Assembly: GCA_963743915.1 (NCBI GenBank)
Contig: CAVURN010000005.1
Location: 128,001 to 192,000 of the forward strand
Direction: 5' to 3'
Length of the DNA stretch: 64,000 bases
DNA from: an uncultured Actinomycetota bacterium
GTDB taxonomy: Bacteria > Actinomycetota > Actinomycetes > JAHEKZ01
The notes beneath the pieces were generated by a model. It ran no database searches. It was given only the letters and a program-made list of their open reading frames with translations, and was not told the DNA's origin. A program made the translations under genes and the position numbers. Numbering within the stretch: the first letter of the stretch is position 1; every line of letters begins with the position of its first letter. Shown in pieces: positions 21,124-32,821 of the stretch.

Positions 21124-21432
21124 TCACCACAACAGGTCGAGCGCCAGGAACGCCGCCATCCCGATTGCGATCGCCAGAAGACCTGACCCGCCGCGCCACA
21201 TCAGCAGGCCCGACACCGCCAGGGCCGCCAGCATCGGGAGGACCGAACCACCGGCCACCTGGGGATGGAGAAGCCCGCCGACCAGCAGGGCGGTGATGGC
21301 ACCGACGCCGGCGTAGCGTAGGGCCGCCTCGACCTGTGGTCCGACCCCGACTCGGTCCAGAACGAGCCAGGGGAGCAGCCGAAAGGCATAGCTGGCCACT
21401 CCGACGGCCAGCACGGCGATCCACATGGTCAC
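21124..21432 (-). CDS. AzlD-domain small membrane protein
   Basis: MWIAVLAVGVASYAFRLLP...; about 100 aa hydrophobic; coupled to the upstream AzlC gene. Confidence 0.75.
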   Translation of the reverse strand: MTMWIAVLAVGVASYAFRLLPWLVLDRVGVGPQVEAALRYAGVGAITALLVGGLLHPQVAGGSVLPMLAALAVSGLLMWRGGSGLLAIAIGMAAFLALDLLW

Positions 21433-22154
21433 GACAGCGACCTCCTCTCGACGGCGATGCCGGCCGCGGCGGCCGCTGCCATGGCGAGCAGGAGTCCGAC
21501 GCCTGCCGGCAGGGCGGACGTTGCGAGGACGACGCAGACCGCGACAGCTACGGCCGTCGCACCCGGGCGGTTCCCCAGGTGCGGCACCACGAGCTCGAGC
21601 AAGCAGAGTGGAAGGGCGACTCCGAGGACGGCGACACCGCCGGCCATGGCACCACCCACGGCTCCCGCGGTCACGAGGACGAGCCAGCCGAGGGTGAGCA
21701 ACGTTGCCGCACCGGCATAGTGGGCGCGCCGCTCGGTGACGGTTCCTGGACCCTTGGCGCGCTGCTCGGCCACGACCCAGGTGGGGTCGATGACTGTGGC
21801 GGCCGCGAGACCTCGTGCCCACCATCGGCTCCCCGCCCACAGCGGGGCCAGCGAGCTGCTGTAGACGATCACCCGCAGGTTGACGAGCACACCGGCCGCG
21901 ACAGCCACCAGCACGCCTCCTCCGTGGCCGAGGGATCCGAGCACCGCCAGGTGTGCACTGCCTCCGTAGATGGGGAGGGCGCCGCTCCAGGCGGCGACAG
22001 GATCTGCACTCGCCGCGACGGTGGCGCCGAGCAGCAGTCCGAAGGGGGTGATCCCCACCAGGAGCGGAGCCATGGCGCGCATGCCACTGAGGAACTCGGC
22101 GCGCAGATCGGTGGAGGTGACACGAGGTGCTTCACCGAGCATCGAGATCGTCAT
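21429..22154 (-). CDS. AzlC-family branched-chain amino acid exporter permease
   Basis: PFGLLLG, IYGGSAHLA, VNLRVIVYSSSL, RRAHYAGAA motifs. Confidence 0.85.
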   Translation of the reverse strand: MTISMLGEAPRVTSTDLRAEFLSGMRAMAPLLVGITPFGLLLGATVAASADPVAAWSGALPIYGGSAHLAVLGSLGHGGGVLVAVAAGVLVNLRVIVYSSSLAPLWAGSRWWARGLAAATVIDPTWVVAEQRAKGPGTVTERRAHYAGAATLLTLGWLVLVTAGAVGGAMAGGVAVLGVALPLCLLELVVPHLGNRPGATAVAVAVCVVLATSALPAGVGLLLAMAAAAAAGIAVERRSLS

Positions 22155-22160
22155 GGGAGC

Positions 22161-22263
22161 ACCGTCTCCGACTGACCTTCCCCCGACCTTCCCTGCCGCC
22201 GCCACGCAACCCCGGCGGGGTCTGCGCTCCGGGAAGGCTCGGGGAACCCCACCCTCCTAGCGT
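22161..22263. promoter_or_regulatory. Divergent promoter pair with 11-bp-spaced GGGAAGG direct repeats (SARP-type sites)
   Basis: Minus strand: heptamers 22193-22187 and 22182-22176, -10 GACGGT 22166-22161. Plus strand: GGGAAGG 22231, GGGAACC 22242, -10 TAGCGT 22258. Confidence 0.75.
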
Positions 22264-22310
22264 CCAGCGCGTTCGTCGACAACCGGTCGACACCGCACTG
22301 GAGAATCACC

Positions 22311-22556
22311 ATGACCCTCACGATGTCCACCACTCATGCCGCCCGTGTCCGGGTCGGCACCCCTACCGATCCGCACGCCCACCATCGACGCGAGGCTCTC
22401 GCCCTGCACCGGTCAAGTCGCCGGACCCGTCGGCGCGCTCACCTGGCGAAGTTGCGGTCGACACTTCGCGCCTTCACGGCTCCGTTCGAGTCGCTGGGCC
22501 CGGTGTCGGACGCCGAGCCGTTCGCCGCGGGCTCAGGCGGCCGTGTCGATCTCTGA
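22311..22556 (+). CDS. Small Arg/His-rich hypothetical protein (81 aa)
   Basis: GGAGA RBS and dedicated repeat-bearing promoter; no family recognised. Confidence 0.55.
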   Translation: MTLTMSTTHAARVRVGTPTDPHAHHRREALALHRSSRRTRRRAHLAKLRSTLRAFTAPFESLGPVSDAEPFAAGSGGRVDL

Positions 22557-25500
22557 CCGACAACGTGCGGCGTCCAGTGGCTGGCCAGCGGCCTCGAAGA
22601 GACGCACGGCCTCGACGAGCATCTGCCGCGCTTCCTCCGCACGACCCTCGGCTCGTGCGAGGTGCGCGCGAGCCTGCAGCAGGGCCGCCTGCCACGACGT
22701 GCCTTCCCACAGCTGGGCGGAGGTCTCCGCGCTTGCCAGGTAGGTCCGTGCCCGGTCGAGGTCGTCGGTGGCGATGCACGCGCGCGCTGCCGGCAGGTCG
22801 AGCATGATCGTGCAGAAATGGCAGTCATCCTCGCTCGACAGCGTCGCCTCGGCGCGGTCGACAACGGCTCGTGCCGCCTCGGCACTGGGGGCGGCCTCGA
22901 TCATGCATCCATAGATGCGCTGCAGCAGGTGGTTCCCGATCGGGGACCACCGTGCCAGGGGCAGAGCCCGCAGCAGCAATGAATTGGCCGTGTCCCGGTC
23001 TCCGCGCACCAGGTGCAGCTCGGCCAGCCGCTGCAGCGAGTGCGCCTCCCCCGCCGCCGACCCGAGGTCATGATGGAGATCACCGGACTCGAGCAGCTCG
23101 TGCTCCGCCAGATCGAGGTCACCCTTGAGCAGTGCGGCTTCGCCACGGAGAGCGGTCGCGAACGCGACCGCCCGCAGGACGCCGGCCTGTTGCGCGGAGA
23201 CCCGCAGCTGCTCGGCCAGATCCAGGACCTCGTCGTACGGAGTGGGGCCGTAGAGCAGGTACTCGGCGACACAGAGGTGCGAGTCGAAGATCCCCACGGC
23301 CAGCTCGGGGCGTGACATTCCGGCACGGAGCTCGGTGCGCAGTCGCTGGAACCATTCGCCGCGGCGGTGTGCGAGCAGCCCCTGGAGCGCGACGAGCTCG
23401 AAGAGCTGCCACCTGTCCCCACCCTCGAGCGTCAGCAGGGACCTGGCTTCATCGGCCGCCTCGTCCGCAGCCGGCCAGTCGGCCTGAAGGAACGCGAGGT
23501 TCCCCCTCACGAGCAGCAGCTCGACGTCGTTCTCGCTGCCGTCCAGCTCCACCTCCGACAGTGCGAGCGCGGCGGTGTCGAGGTCTCCGGTCAGGGTGGC
23601 CGCCCGCGCCAGTCGGGTGAGCAGCCGTGAACGGTTCTCGTCGTCACACGCCGCCAGCGCCGCACGATACGCGTCGACGACCCCGAGCTCACCGCACGCC
23701 AGCAGCAGATCAGCCCGCAGCTCGAGCAGCCGCGCGCGGTCGGCGTCCTCTGCGGCGACTTCGACCTTCTCCAGGGCAGTGAGGGCATCACGGTAGGCGC
23801 CGTGCGCCGCTTCGGTCTCGGCTGCGTCCAGCATCCACGGAACCGCTCCAGCCGTGTCCCCCGCCTCGACGAGGTGATGGCCGATCTGGGCCGGTGACCG
23901 ACGCAGGATCTGCAGGGCCTGCGCTGCGTCTCGGTGCGCCTCCCGTCGCTCGCGCTCTCCCATGGCGGTGAGCAGGGCATCGCGGATCAGCGGGTGGCGG
24001 AACGTGTAGCCGCTTCGGGTGCGTCGGATCACCCGTTGTGTGATCCCCTCGTCGATCACCGCGAAGACGTCGGCGTCCGGGATCTCGGCCAGGGCCGCGA
24101 GCTCGTCGGTGTCGAACGACCCGCCGAGCACCGCCGCCCGTCCGAACGCGTTCGACGCGGTGGCCGACAGCCCCGACGTCAGGCGCAGCACCGGATCGGC
24201 GACATCGGGGTCCACATTCCAGGCGGAGGCCAGCTCAACCACGACGAAGGGGACACCGCCGGACTTCTGGAAGATCGCCTCCAGCACCGTCTCGTCAGCG
24301 TTCGGCGCGAGCTGGGAGGCCAGTCGCACGGTCTCGTCTCGTCCGAGTGGAGTCAGCTCGATCATCACCGCACGGTGGCGAGCGCTGACGTTCGACCGCA
24401 GCTCGGCCAGGCTGCCCGCGTCGACCGGTCGATGGCCCAACGCGATGAGCGCCGGAACGCCCACGATGCTCCGGGAGAGGTAGTGCAGCAGCCGGTAGGT
24501 GGCCTCGTCCGCGCTCTCGGCCTGGTCGACGGCCAGGACGACCCCCCGGTCTTCAGCGGCCAGGCGCACCAGCTCCGCGGCGGCGACGAACAGCCTCTGG
24601 TGGGCGCCCTGTCCGTCCCACGCCGTCCGCTGCCCAGAGATCGCCTCGCTGATCTCCGCCCGTAACGGGGGTGCCAGAGCCTCCAGCAGCGACGGGTCGC
24701 GTCGACACAGCTCCGACAGCGCCTCGAGGACGGGGGCGTACGGCCACTCCCCCTCGACCCGTGCTGCTACGCCGACGCCGACCCGCATGCCGGCACGGGA
24801 TGCGCGGTCGGTCACGCACCGCAGGACGGACGTCGTCCCCAGACCCTCGTGGCCGCTGACGAAGAGTGTCTGTCCCTCTCCGCGCCGAACGGACGCCAAG
24901 AGCTGCTCGACCACACGGACCTCCGACTCGCGACCGGTCAGGTCGGGCTCAGCCGGCGTCGAGCCCGGCGGGTCAGCCGTAGCCAGGACGAGGAGCTGCT
25001 CCCGAAGGTCGAGGACGGTGGCGCTCGGCGCGACTCCCAGCTCGTGGCTCAGTGCCAGCTCGAGGCGCTCGAGCTCGCGCAGCGCAGCGCGCGGGTCGCC
25101 TGCGTCGGCGAGCGACTCGGCCAGCAGGACATGGGCCTCCTCATCGGCCGGTTCGGCCACCGCCAGGTCGCGCCAGCGTTCGGCAAGGCGCAGCGCGTCC
25201 AGATACAGCCGGCGCAGCCGCTCGCGAGGCTGCTCCGCCCAGGGCTCGTACGGATCCCCCGGGAGCAGCTCACCGGCATACAGGTCGGCAGCAGCTCCGG
25301 CCGCCCCTGCCTCACGAGCCGCCAGTGCGGCGGTCACCCTCGACTCGAACACCTGCGTGTCGACCTCGACCTCGACGCCGGGGAACAGGGAGACCGTGTC
25401 ACCGCCGAGGACCAGCGCCCCAGGGTCACCGAGCGCGCGGCGAGCGAAATGCGCCGCCTTGTGCAGCCGTGGCGCAGCGGTCTCCAGGTCGATGTTCGGC

Positions 25501-25673
25501 CACAGGGCGTCGACCAGCCGTTCCCGGTGCAGCGACCGACTCGGTTCCAGAGCCAGCACCTTGACCAGGGCAGCGGCCTGTCGTCGACGCCACTCTGCGT
25601 CGTCCACCGGTACGCCGTCGATCGCCACGGAGAACCCACCCAGCATGCTGATCCGCACGGTGGGAGAGCTCAC
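22533..25673 (-). CDS. SARP/BTAD-domain transcriptional regulator with central AAA/STAND-like ATPase and C-terminal TPR-like repeats
   Basis: N-term MLGGFSV...LHRERLVDALWP (winged HTH), LYAGELLPGDPYEPW...EPADEEAH...ELGVAPS (BTAD), GRESE..GHEGLGTT, SGGVPFVVVELA, FRHPLIRDAL, helical repeats; GGAGG RBS before GTG 25673. Confidence 0.85.
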   Translation of the reverse strand: MSSPTVRISMLGGFSVAIDGVPVDDAEWRRRQAAALVKVLALEPSRSLHRERLVDALWPNIDLETAAPRLHKAAHFARRALGDPGALVLGGDTVSLFPGVEVEVDTQVFESRVTAALAAREAGAAGAAADLYAGELLPGDPYEPWAEQPRERLRRLYLDALRLAERWRDLAVAEPADEEAHVLLAESLADAGDPRAALRELERLELALSHELGVAPSATVLDLREQLLVLATADPPGSTPAEPDLTGRESEVRVVEQLLASVRRGEGQTLFVSGHEGLGTTSVLRCVTDRASRAGMRVGVGVAARVEGEWPYAPVLEALSELCRRDPSLLEALAPPLRAEISEAISGQRTAWDGQGAHQRLFVAAAELVRLAAEDRGVVLAVDQAESADEATYRLLHYLSRSIVGVPALIALGHRPVDAGSLAELRSNVSARHRAVMIELTPLGRDETVRLASQLAPNADETVLEAIFQKSGGVPFVVVELASAWNVDPDVADPVLRLTSGLSATASNAFGRAAVLGGSFDTDELAALAEIPDADVFAVIDEGITQRVIRRTRSGYTFRHPLIRDALLTAMGERERREAHRDAAQALQILRRSPAQIGHHLVEAGDTAGAVPWMLDAAETEAAHGAYRDALTALEKVEVAAEDADRARLLELRADLLLACGELGVVDAYRAALAACDDENRSRLLTRLARAATLTGDLDTAALALSEVELDGSENDVELLLVRGNLAFLQADWPAADEAADEARSLLTLEGGDRWQLFELVALQGLLAHRRGEWFQRLRTELRAGMSRPELAVGIFDSHLCVAEYLLYGPTPYDEVLDLAEQLRVSAQQAGVLRAVAFATALRGEAALLKGDLDLAEHELLESGDLHHDLGSAAGEAHSLQRLAELHLVRGDRDTANSLLLRALPLARWSPIGNHLLQRIYGCMIEAAPSAEAARAVVDRAEATLSSEDDCHFCTIMLDLPAARACIATDDLDRARTYLASAETSAQLWEGTSWQAALLQARAHLARAEGRAEEARQMLVEAVRLFEAAGQPLDAARCRSEIDTAA

Positions 25674-25730
25674 GGGGCCTCCGATCACGGACAGATGCTG
25701 CAAACGTCGTCGCATCCCCCATCGATCATG

Positions 25731-25785
25731 ACGGCGGGCCCGCGACGTGGCAACGGTTTTTGCCATGGCCGCCCGGGCCCGCCGT
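25731..25785. terminator. Long interrupted stem-loop between the 106-aa gene and the BTAD regulator
   Basis: ACGGCGGGCCC/GGGCCCGCCGT outer stem plus TGGCAA/TTGCCA inner stem. Confidence 0.55.
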
Positions 25786-25797
25786 TGCCATCAGGCG

Positions 25798-26118
25798 CTA
25801 GGCAGCCGTCCGTCCCAGGCCCTCGCGCGAGACGGCGCCCGTCGAGAGCGCGAGGGCTTCGGCGCGGCTCGGGCGGTTCTCCATGGCCCGCATGACGGCG
25901 CCGAAGGCTCGCTGGCGGACCACCTGGGCCGCGGACTGGTCGAGCATGGCGGCGAGCAGGGTCGGGGACACACCTGCGCGGGCGGCGGCCTTCGCCATCC
26001 AGAGCAGGGTCTCCTCGTGCGGCCCCATGCCGTCATCGGCGATGGCGTGCGCCAGGTCGTCGGCGCCGGTCATGGCGTCCATGTCTGCCCTCATGCCCAT
26101 GGTCATGTCGTGCTTCAT
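25798..26118 (-). CDS. Small Met-rich hypothetical protein (106 aa)
   Basis: MKHDMTMGMRADMDAMTG...GVSPTLLAAMLD..VVRQRAFGAV; GGAG RBS; repeat-bearing promoter upstream. Confidence 0.65.
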   Translation of the reverse strand: MKHDMTMGMRADMDAMTGADDLAHAIADDGMGPHEETLLWMAKAAARAGVSPTLLAAMLDQSAAQVVRQRAFGAVMRAMENRPSRAEALALSTGAVSREGLGRTAA

Positions 26119-26156
26119 TTCGTGCTCCGATCTCGGTTTGTGAACTGACCGGAGCG

Positions 26157-26247
26157 ACGCTAGGAACGGCGGCTTCCCGTGACCTTCCCCGGACCGGACG
26201 CACGGTCCCCTCGTGGGAAGGGCCGAGGAAGGCACCCTCCCTAGCGT
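26157..26247. promoter_or_regulatory. Second divergent promoter pair with 11-bp-spaced GGGAAGG repeats
   Basis: Minus strand: GGGAAGG 26189-26183, GGGAAGC 26178-26172, -10 TAGCGT 26162-26157. Plus strand: GGGAAGG 26215, AGGAAGG 26226, -10 TAGCGT 26242. Confidence 0.8.
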
Positions 26248-26254
26248 CCACGGC

Positions 26255-26996
26255 ATGACGACATCGATCTCTCGCCTGTTCCACCCCGCCGCGACGTCGC
26301 GCACGATTCTCGGTGTGTGGGCCCACCCCGACGACGAGGCCTATCTGTCCGCGGCCTTCATGGCAGCGGCGGTGCGGGCCGGGCACCGGGTGGTGGTGGC
26401 GACCGCGACCCGTGGTGAGGGTGGCACGCCCGATCCCGACCTGCTGCCGCCAGAGGTCCTCGGACCGCTCCGCGAGCTTGAGCTCGCAGCCAGCCTCGAC
26501 ACCCTTGGGGTCACCGAGCACCACTGGCTCGCCGACGACCTGCGGGACGGCACTCTCGCTGACGTGCCCCTGGCGCATGGTCGTCGACTGGTGTCCGACC
26601 TGCTCGAGGAGGTCGACCCCGACCTCGTGGTCACGTTCGGCCCGGACGGCCTGACCGGCCACCCTGACCACCGAGCCGTCTCCCGCTGGGTCACCGAGGC
26701 CTGGTTCGCCAGGGGACGTCAGCGGCGACCTCTGGCATGCCGCCCTCACCGAGCAGTTCCTCGACCAGTGGGGGGAGCTGTGCGACGACCTCGGAGTCTG
26801 GATGGCACCCGACGCCCCCCGTGCTGTTCCCTCGTCCGCGGTCGTGCACCTGCAGCGGTGCGACGACGCGCTGGCAGCCCGCAAGCTCGCAGCGCTGCGC
26901 GCCCACGCGTCCCAGACGACGGGCCTCATCGCTCAGGTGGGTGAGGCCACCTTTGCTCGCTGGTGGAGCCAGGAGGCCTTCGCACCAGCGCGCTGA
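26255..26996 (+). CDS. PIG-L/LmbE (MshB-like) deacetylase, frameshifted near 26720
   Basis: WAHPDDE, ATRGEGG, GHPDH zinc motifs; C-term RKLAALRAHASQT in the next frame. Confidence 0.85.
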
Positions 26997-27032
26997 CCTT
27001 CCGTACGCAAGACAGCATCGAAGAGACACCTC

Positions 27033-27599
27033 ATGCACCTCAGCGAAGCCCGGCAGATACTCACCGACCCCGCCTTCGACCGGACCCATCGACTGCTGCG
27101 CCTGCAGGGGCAGCGCGGTCCGGCGCTGGACCAGGCCGTTGCCTCCGGCTGGGCCATGCGACTCGGTCCCGCTCAGTGTGCGTTCTTCGGAACCCTCGCG
27201 ATCGCGATCGACGAACCGCGGGTCTTTCTCCTGCTCGCAGGCTTGTCCTCGATCGGTGTCATCACGAGTCACCACCCGGTCGAGTGGCTCTATGTCTCGT
27301 GGGCTCGGCGGTACGGCCATCCCTCTCCCCCGGGGAACAGGGCACCTCGTCGATTCGCCTGCCTGCTGGGCGCCGCGTGCTTCCTCGTTGCCGGAGTGGC
27401 GCTCAGCGCCGGGACGGGCTGGATCTTCTGGCCCACCGCCCTACTCCTCGTGCTGCTTCCGATGTACGTCGCCACCACGAACATCTGCGTGCCGTCACTT
27501 CTGTTCACGCTCGTCCTGGGGGCCGAGCGGGCGACCTGCGAATCCCTCCCGGCCGCCCTGGCGAGCGGCGGACGGATCGGGGTCTCGAAGATTCTGTAG
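27033..27599 (+). CDS. DUF4395-like membrane protein
   Basis: About 4 TM segments, PRRFACLLGA and TNICVPS motifs resembling DUF4395. Confidence 0.6.
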   Translation: MHLSEARQILTDPAFDRTHRLLRLQGQRGPALDQAVASGWAMRLGPAQCAFFGTLAIAIDEPRVFLLLAGLSSIGVITSHHPVEWLYVSWARRYGHPSPPGNRAPRRFACLLGAACFLVAGVALSAGTGWIFWPTALLLVLLPMYVATTNICVPSLLFTLVLGAERATCESLPAALASGGRIGVSKIL

Positions 27600-27610
27600 C
27601 GAATCCATTC

Positions 27611-27637
27611 CTGGATCGAATCCAGTGTTGCTAGAGT
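27611..27637 (+). promoter_or_regulatory. furA promoter with palindromic operator
   Basis: CTGGAT-CGA-ATCCAG inverted repeat, -10 TAGAGT 6 nt before the ATG (leaderless). Confidence 0.6.
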
Positions 27638-27643
27638 GACCCC

Positions 27644-30312
<2,669 letters not shown>

Positions 30313-30324
30313 TCGCAGGCAGCT

Positions 30325-30365
30325 GAAGAGGCGCCACGCAGCCAAGGGTTGCGTGGCGCCTCTTC
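30325..30365 (+). terminator. Intrinsic terminator of furA-katG
   Basis: GAAGAGGCGCCACGCA / TGCGTGGCGCCTCTTC 16-bp stem. Confidence 0.8.
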
Positions 30366-30494
30366 CAGTCTCCGGTGCCTCGCGAAGCGCGCGACATCCG
30401 GCTCAGCGTCCGTATTGCGCGCGGTGGTGGGCTGCGACAGTCTGAGCGGCGGCGTCAGGCGACAGCCTGACCTCGACCGGTGAAGGACAGGCCC

Positions 30495-31385
30495 ATGACG
30501 GAGCAGCGACACGGCCAGCTGGCGGCCACCATCCGCGGTCTCATGCCGCAGCTGACCGAAGAGCTCCGCGAGCTCGTGGCGATCCCCTCGGTGTCCGTCG
30601 CCGGCTACCCGACGTCGACGCACGGTGCGCTGAGTGAGGCGCAGAGCTCCGTCACGAGGCTGCTGCGCGATGCCGGCTGCCAGACCGTCGACACGATCGA
30701 GCTGCCCGACACCGCCCCCGTCGTCTTCGCCGAGATCCCGGCGCCGGACCGGGGCTCCCACCGTGCTGCTCTACAGCCACTACGACGTGGTGCCCGCCGG
30801 GGACGAGTCGCTGTGGGAGACACCTCCGTTCGAGCCCACCGAGCGTGACGGCGCGCTCTACGGCCGCGGTGCGGCCGACACCAAGTCGAACATCATGGCG
30901 ATCGTCGGGGCGCTCCGCGCCTGGGACGGACGACCGCCCGTCGGCGTCAAGGTGGTCATCGAGGGCCAGGAGGAAGTGGGGGGTGGCGCCTTCACCGACC
31001 TACCCCCAGCAGGACCCCGACCGCTTCGCGTCGGACGTCATGCTGATTGCCGACCTCGGCAACGTCCGCCCGGGCGCGCCAACGCTGACCGTGGCACTGC
31101 GAGGCATGGCCAACATCGTCGTCGAGGTCCGGACCCTGGCCTCGGCCAAGCACAGCGGGATGTACGGCGGCGCCGCACCCGACGCGCTGCTCGCGCTCAT
31201 GCGGGCCCTCGTGTCGCTCCATGACGACAGCGGTGACGTCGCCGTCGCTGGACTTCGGCGGAACGAGTGGACCGGCGGCGGACCGGACGAGGCGGAGTTC
31301 CGCGAGCTCGCCGAAGTGGTCGACGGCGCACCGCTCATGGGTACCGGCACCCTCGGCTCCAGAGTCTGGACCGGGCCGGCCATCC
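30495..31385 (+). pseudogene. M20/M25/M40 metallo-dipeptidase, frameshifted and C-terminally truncated
   Basis: [34 protein letters not shown]; similarity ends abruptly at WTGPAI. Confidence 0.75.
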
Positions 31386-31559
31386 CCCAAGACCCGAAAG
31401 ACAACCAGCATGGCCTCGGTCGACTCCGACGCGATCCCGACCGCTGCTCTCGGGCAGACAGACGTATCCGCCTCACTGTGGTGGCGGCGCGTGGGGCCGA
31501 CCCGACATCACCGACGTGGCGACCCGCAACCTCGACGCGAGGTTCAGCCGACCGCCTCG

Positions 31560-31900
31560 ACGGGCGCCGCGAGAGGCGCCGCTCAATGCTCAGCTGCGGC
31601 GCTGTGCGCCGGACCTCGTGCTATCCCGCTGGGGCGGTGGCGTTCAAAGGTCGGCGACATCCGCTGCGGATGGCGCCGCCTTGCCGGAGTTGCCGGTGGG
31701 TTCGGGTAACTGCTGATCACGCCACGACGCGTGCTCACCGAGATCACGAACGAGTCGATCGCGCTCGTCGATCCGACAGTCGATCGATCTGACGCGAACT
31801 TCTGGTTCGGCGTCGGATCGACGATCCTGCTGACCGTCCTGCTCGGCATCACCACGTCGCGCGTCGTCGAACGTCGGCGCGGCGCGTACGACCTCGGTGG
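31560..31900 (+). pseudogene. Degraded AbgT-family transporter fragment
   Basis: Broken IPLGAVAF..GRHPL..GVAGGFG..LLITP..LTEITNESIALVDP..ANFWFG..VVERR.GAYD residues across frames. Confidence 0.6.
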
Positions 31901-32269
31901 CCCGACGCCGACAGCCGCAGATCCAGGCCGCAGACGATGCGCCGGATCATACCGACGCAGAGCGCAGGGGCTGCGATGTCGGATCTGGTTCCTGCACTGC
32001 TATCACCTGCTGACGGGCGCCGGGCGCCGCTGCGCGACCCGGACACCGGCAGATATTCACGAGGGGTGTCGGTCGAGCCCATCGCCACATCATCAGCACG
32101 GCGCGCACGGTGCCAGGGCCGTCCTGGATGCGCACGGCAACAGCGTCCGCGGCAGCCTGGCGGCGCGGCGGCTGTCCGAGGAGCTGGGTCTCGACCTCTT
32201 CGCCAGCGCACCCAGCCGGGACGGGCCTCCGCGACACCTTGCGACGCGCGGATTCATCGCGCAGCCAGG

Positions 32270-32734
32270 TCAGTGAAGTGGGATCCCTGAGTCATCGCCC
32301 TCTTGGCGAGGACCAGAGATCCTCCGCTCCGAGGAGTCGATCGGGACGTCATTGATGCTGGCCTCACGTCGGGCCATGTAGCCGAGGTCGTCGAACTCCC
32401 AGTTCTCGTTGCCGTACGAGCGGTACCACTGGCCGTCGTCATCGTGCCACTCGTACTGGAACCGAACAGCGATGCGGTTGCCCTCAAAGGCCCAGAGGTC
32501 CTTCCTCAGCACGTACTCGTGCTCCTTCGCCCACTTGCGGCGAAGAAACTCGACGATCTGCTCACGCCCGATCAGGAACTCATTGCGGTTACGCCACTGC
32601 GAATCAGACGTGTACGCCGCTGCAACCTTCTCAGGGTCCCGGGTGTTCCACGCAGCCTCGGCCGCCCGAACCTTTTGACGGGCAGTTGAGTCATCGAACG
32701 GAGGGAGAGGAGGACGGGGAGGGGTGTCGGTCAT
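32270..32734 (-). CDS. DUF1348 / NTF2-like protein
   Basis: [43 protein letters not shown]. Confidence 0.9.
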   Translation of the reverse strand: MTDTPPRPPLPPFDDSTARQKVRAAEAAWNTRDPEKVAAAYTSDSQWRNRNEFLIGREQIVEFLRRKWAKEHEYVLRKDLWAFEGNRIAVRFQYEWHDDDGQWYRSYGNENWEFDDLGYMARREASINDVPIDSSERRISGPRQEGDDSGIPLH

Positions 32735-32821
32735 CCCCTCATTGTGCCCGCGCCCCACTGCCTGCCACGACGTAGTCCGCACGTGCGTCGTCGGGGATCC
32801 CTTGCTGGAGGGTAACTACAC

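Noticed and set aside
22533-25673. NLR/Avs-like antiphage STAND protein
   Set aside because: The N-terminus is a winged-HTH/BTAD transcription module rather than a toxic effector, and matching promoter repeats flank the gene
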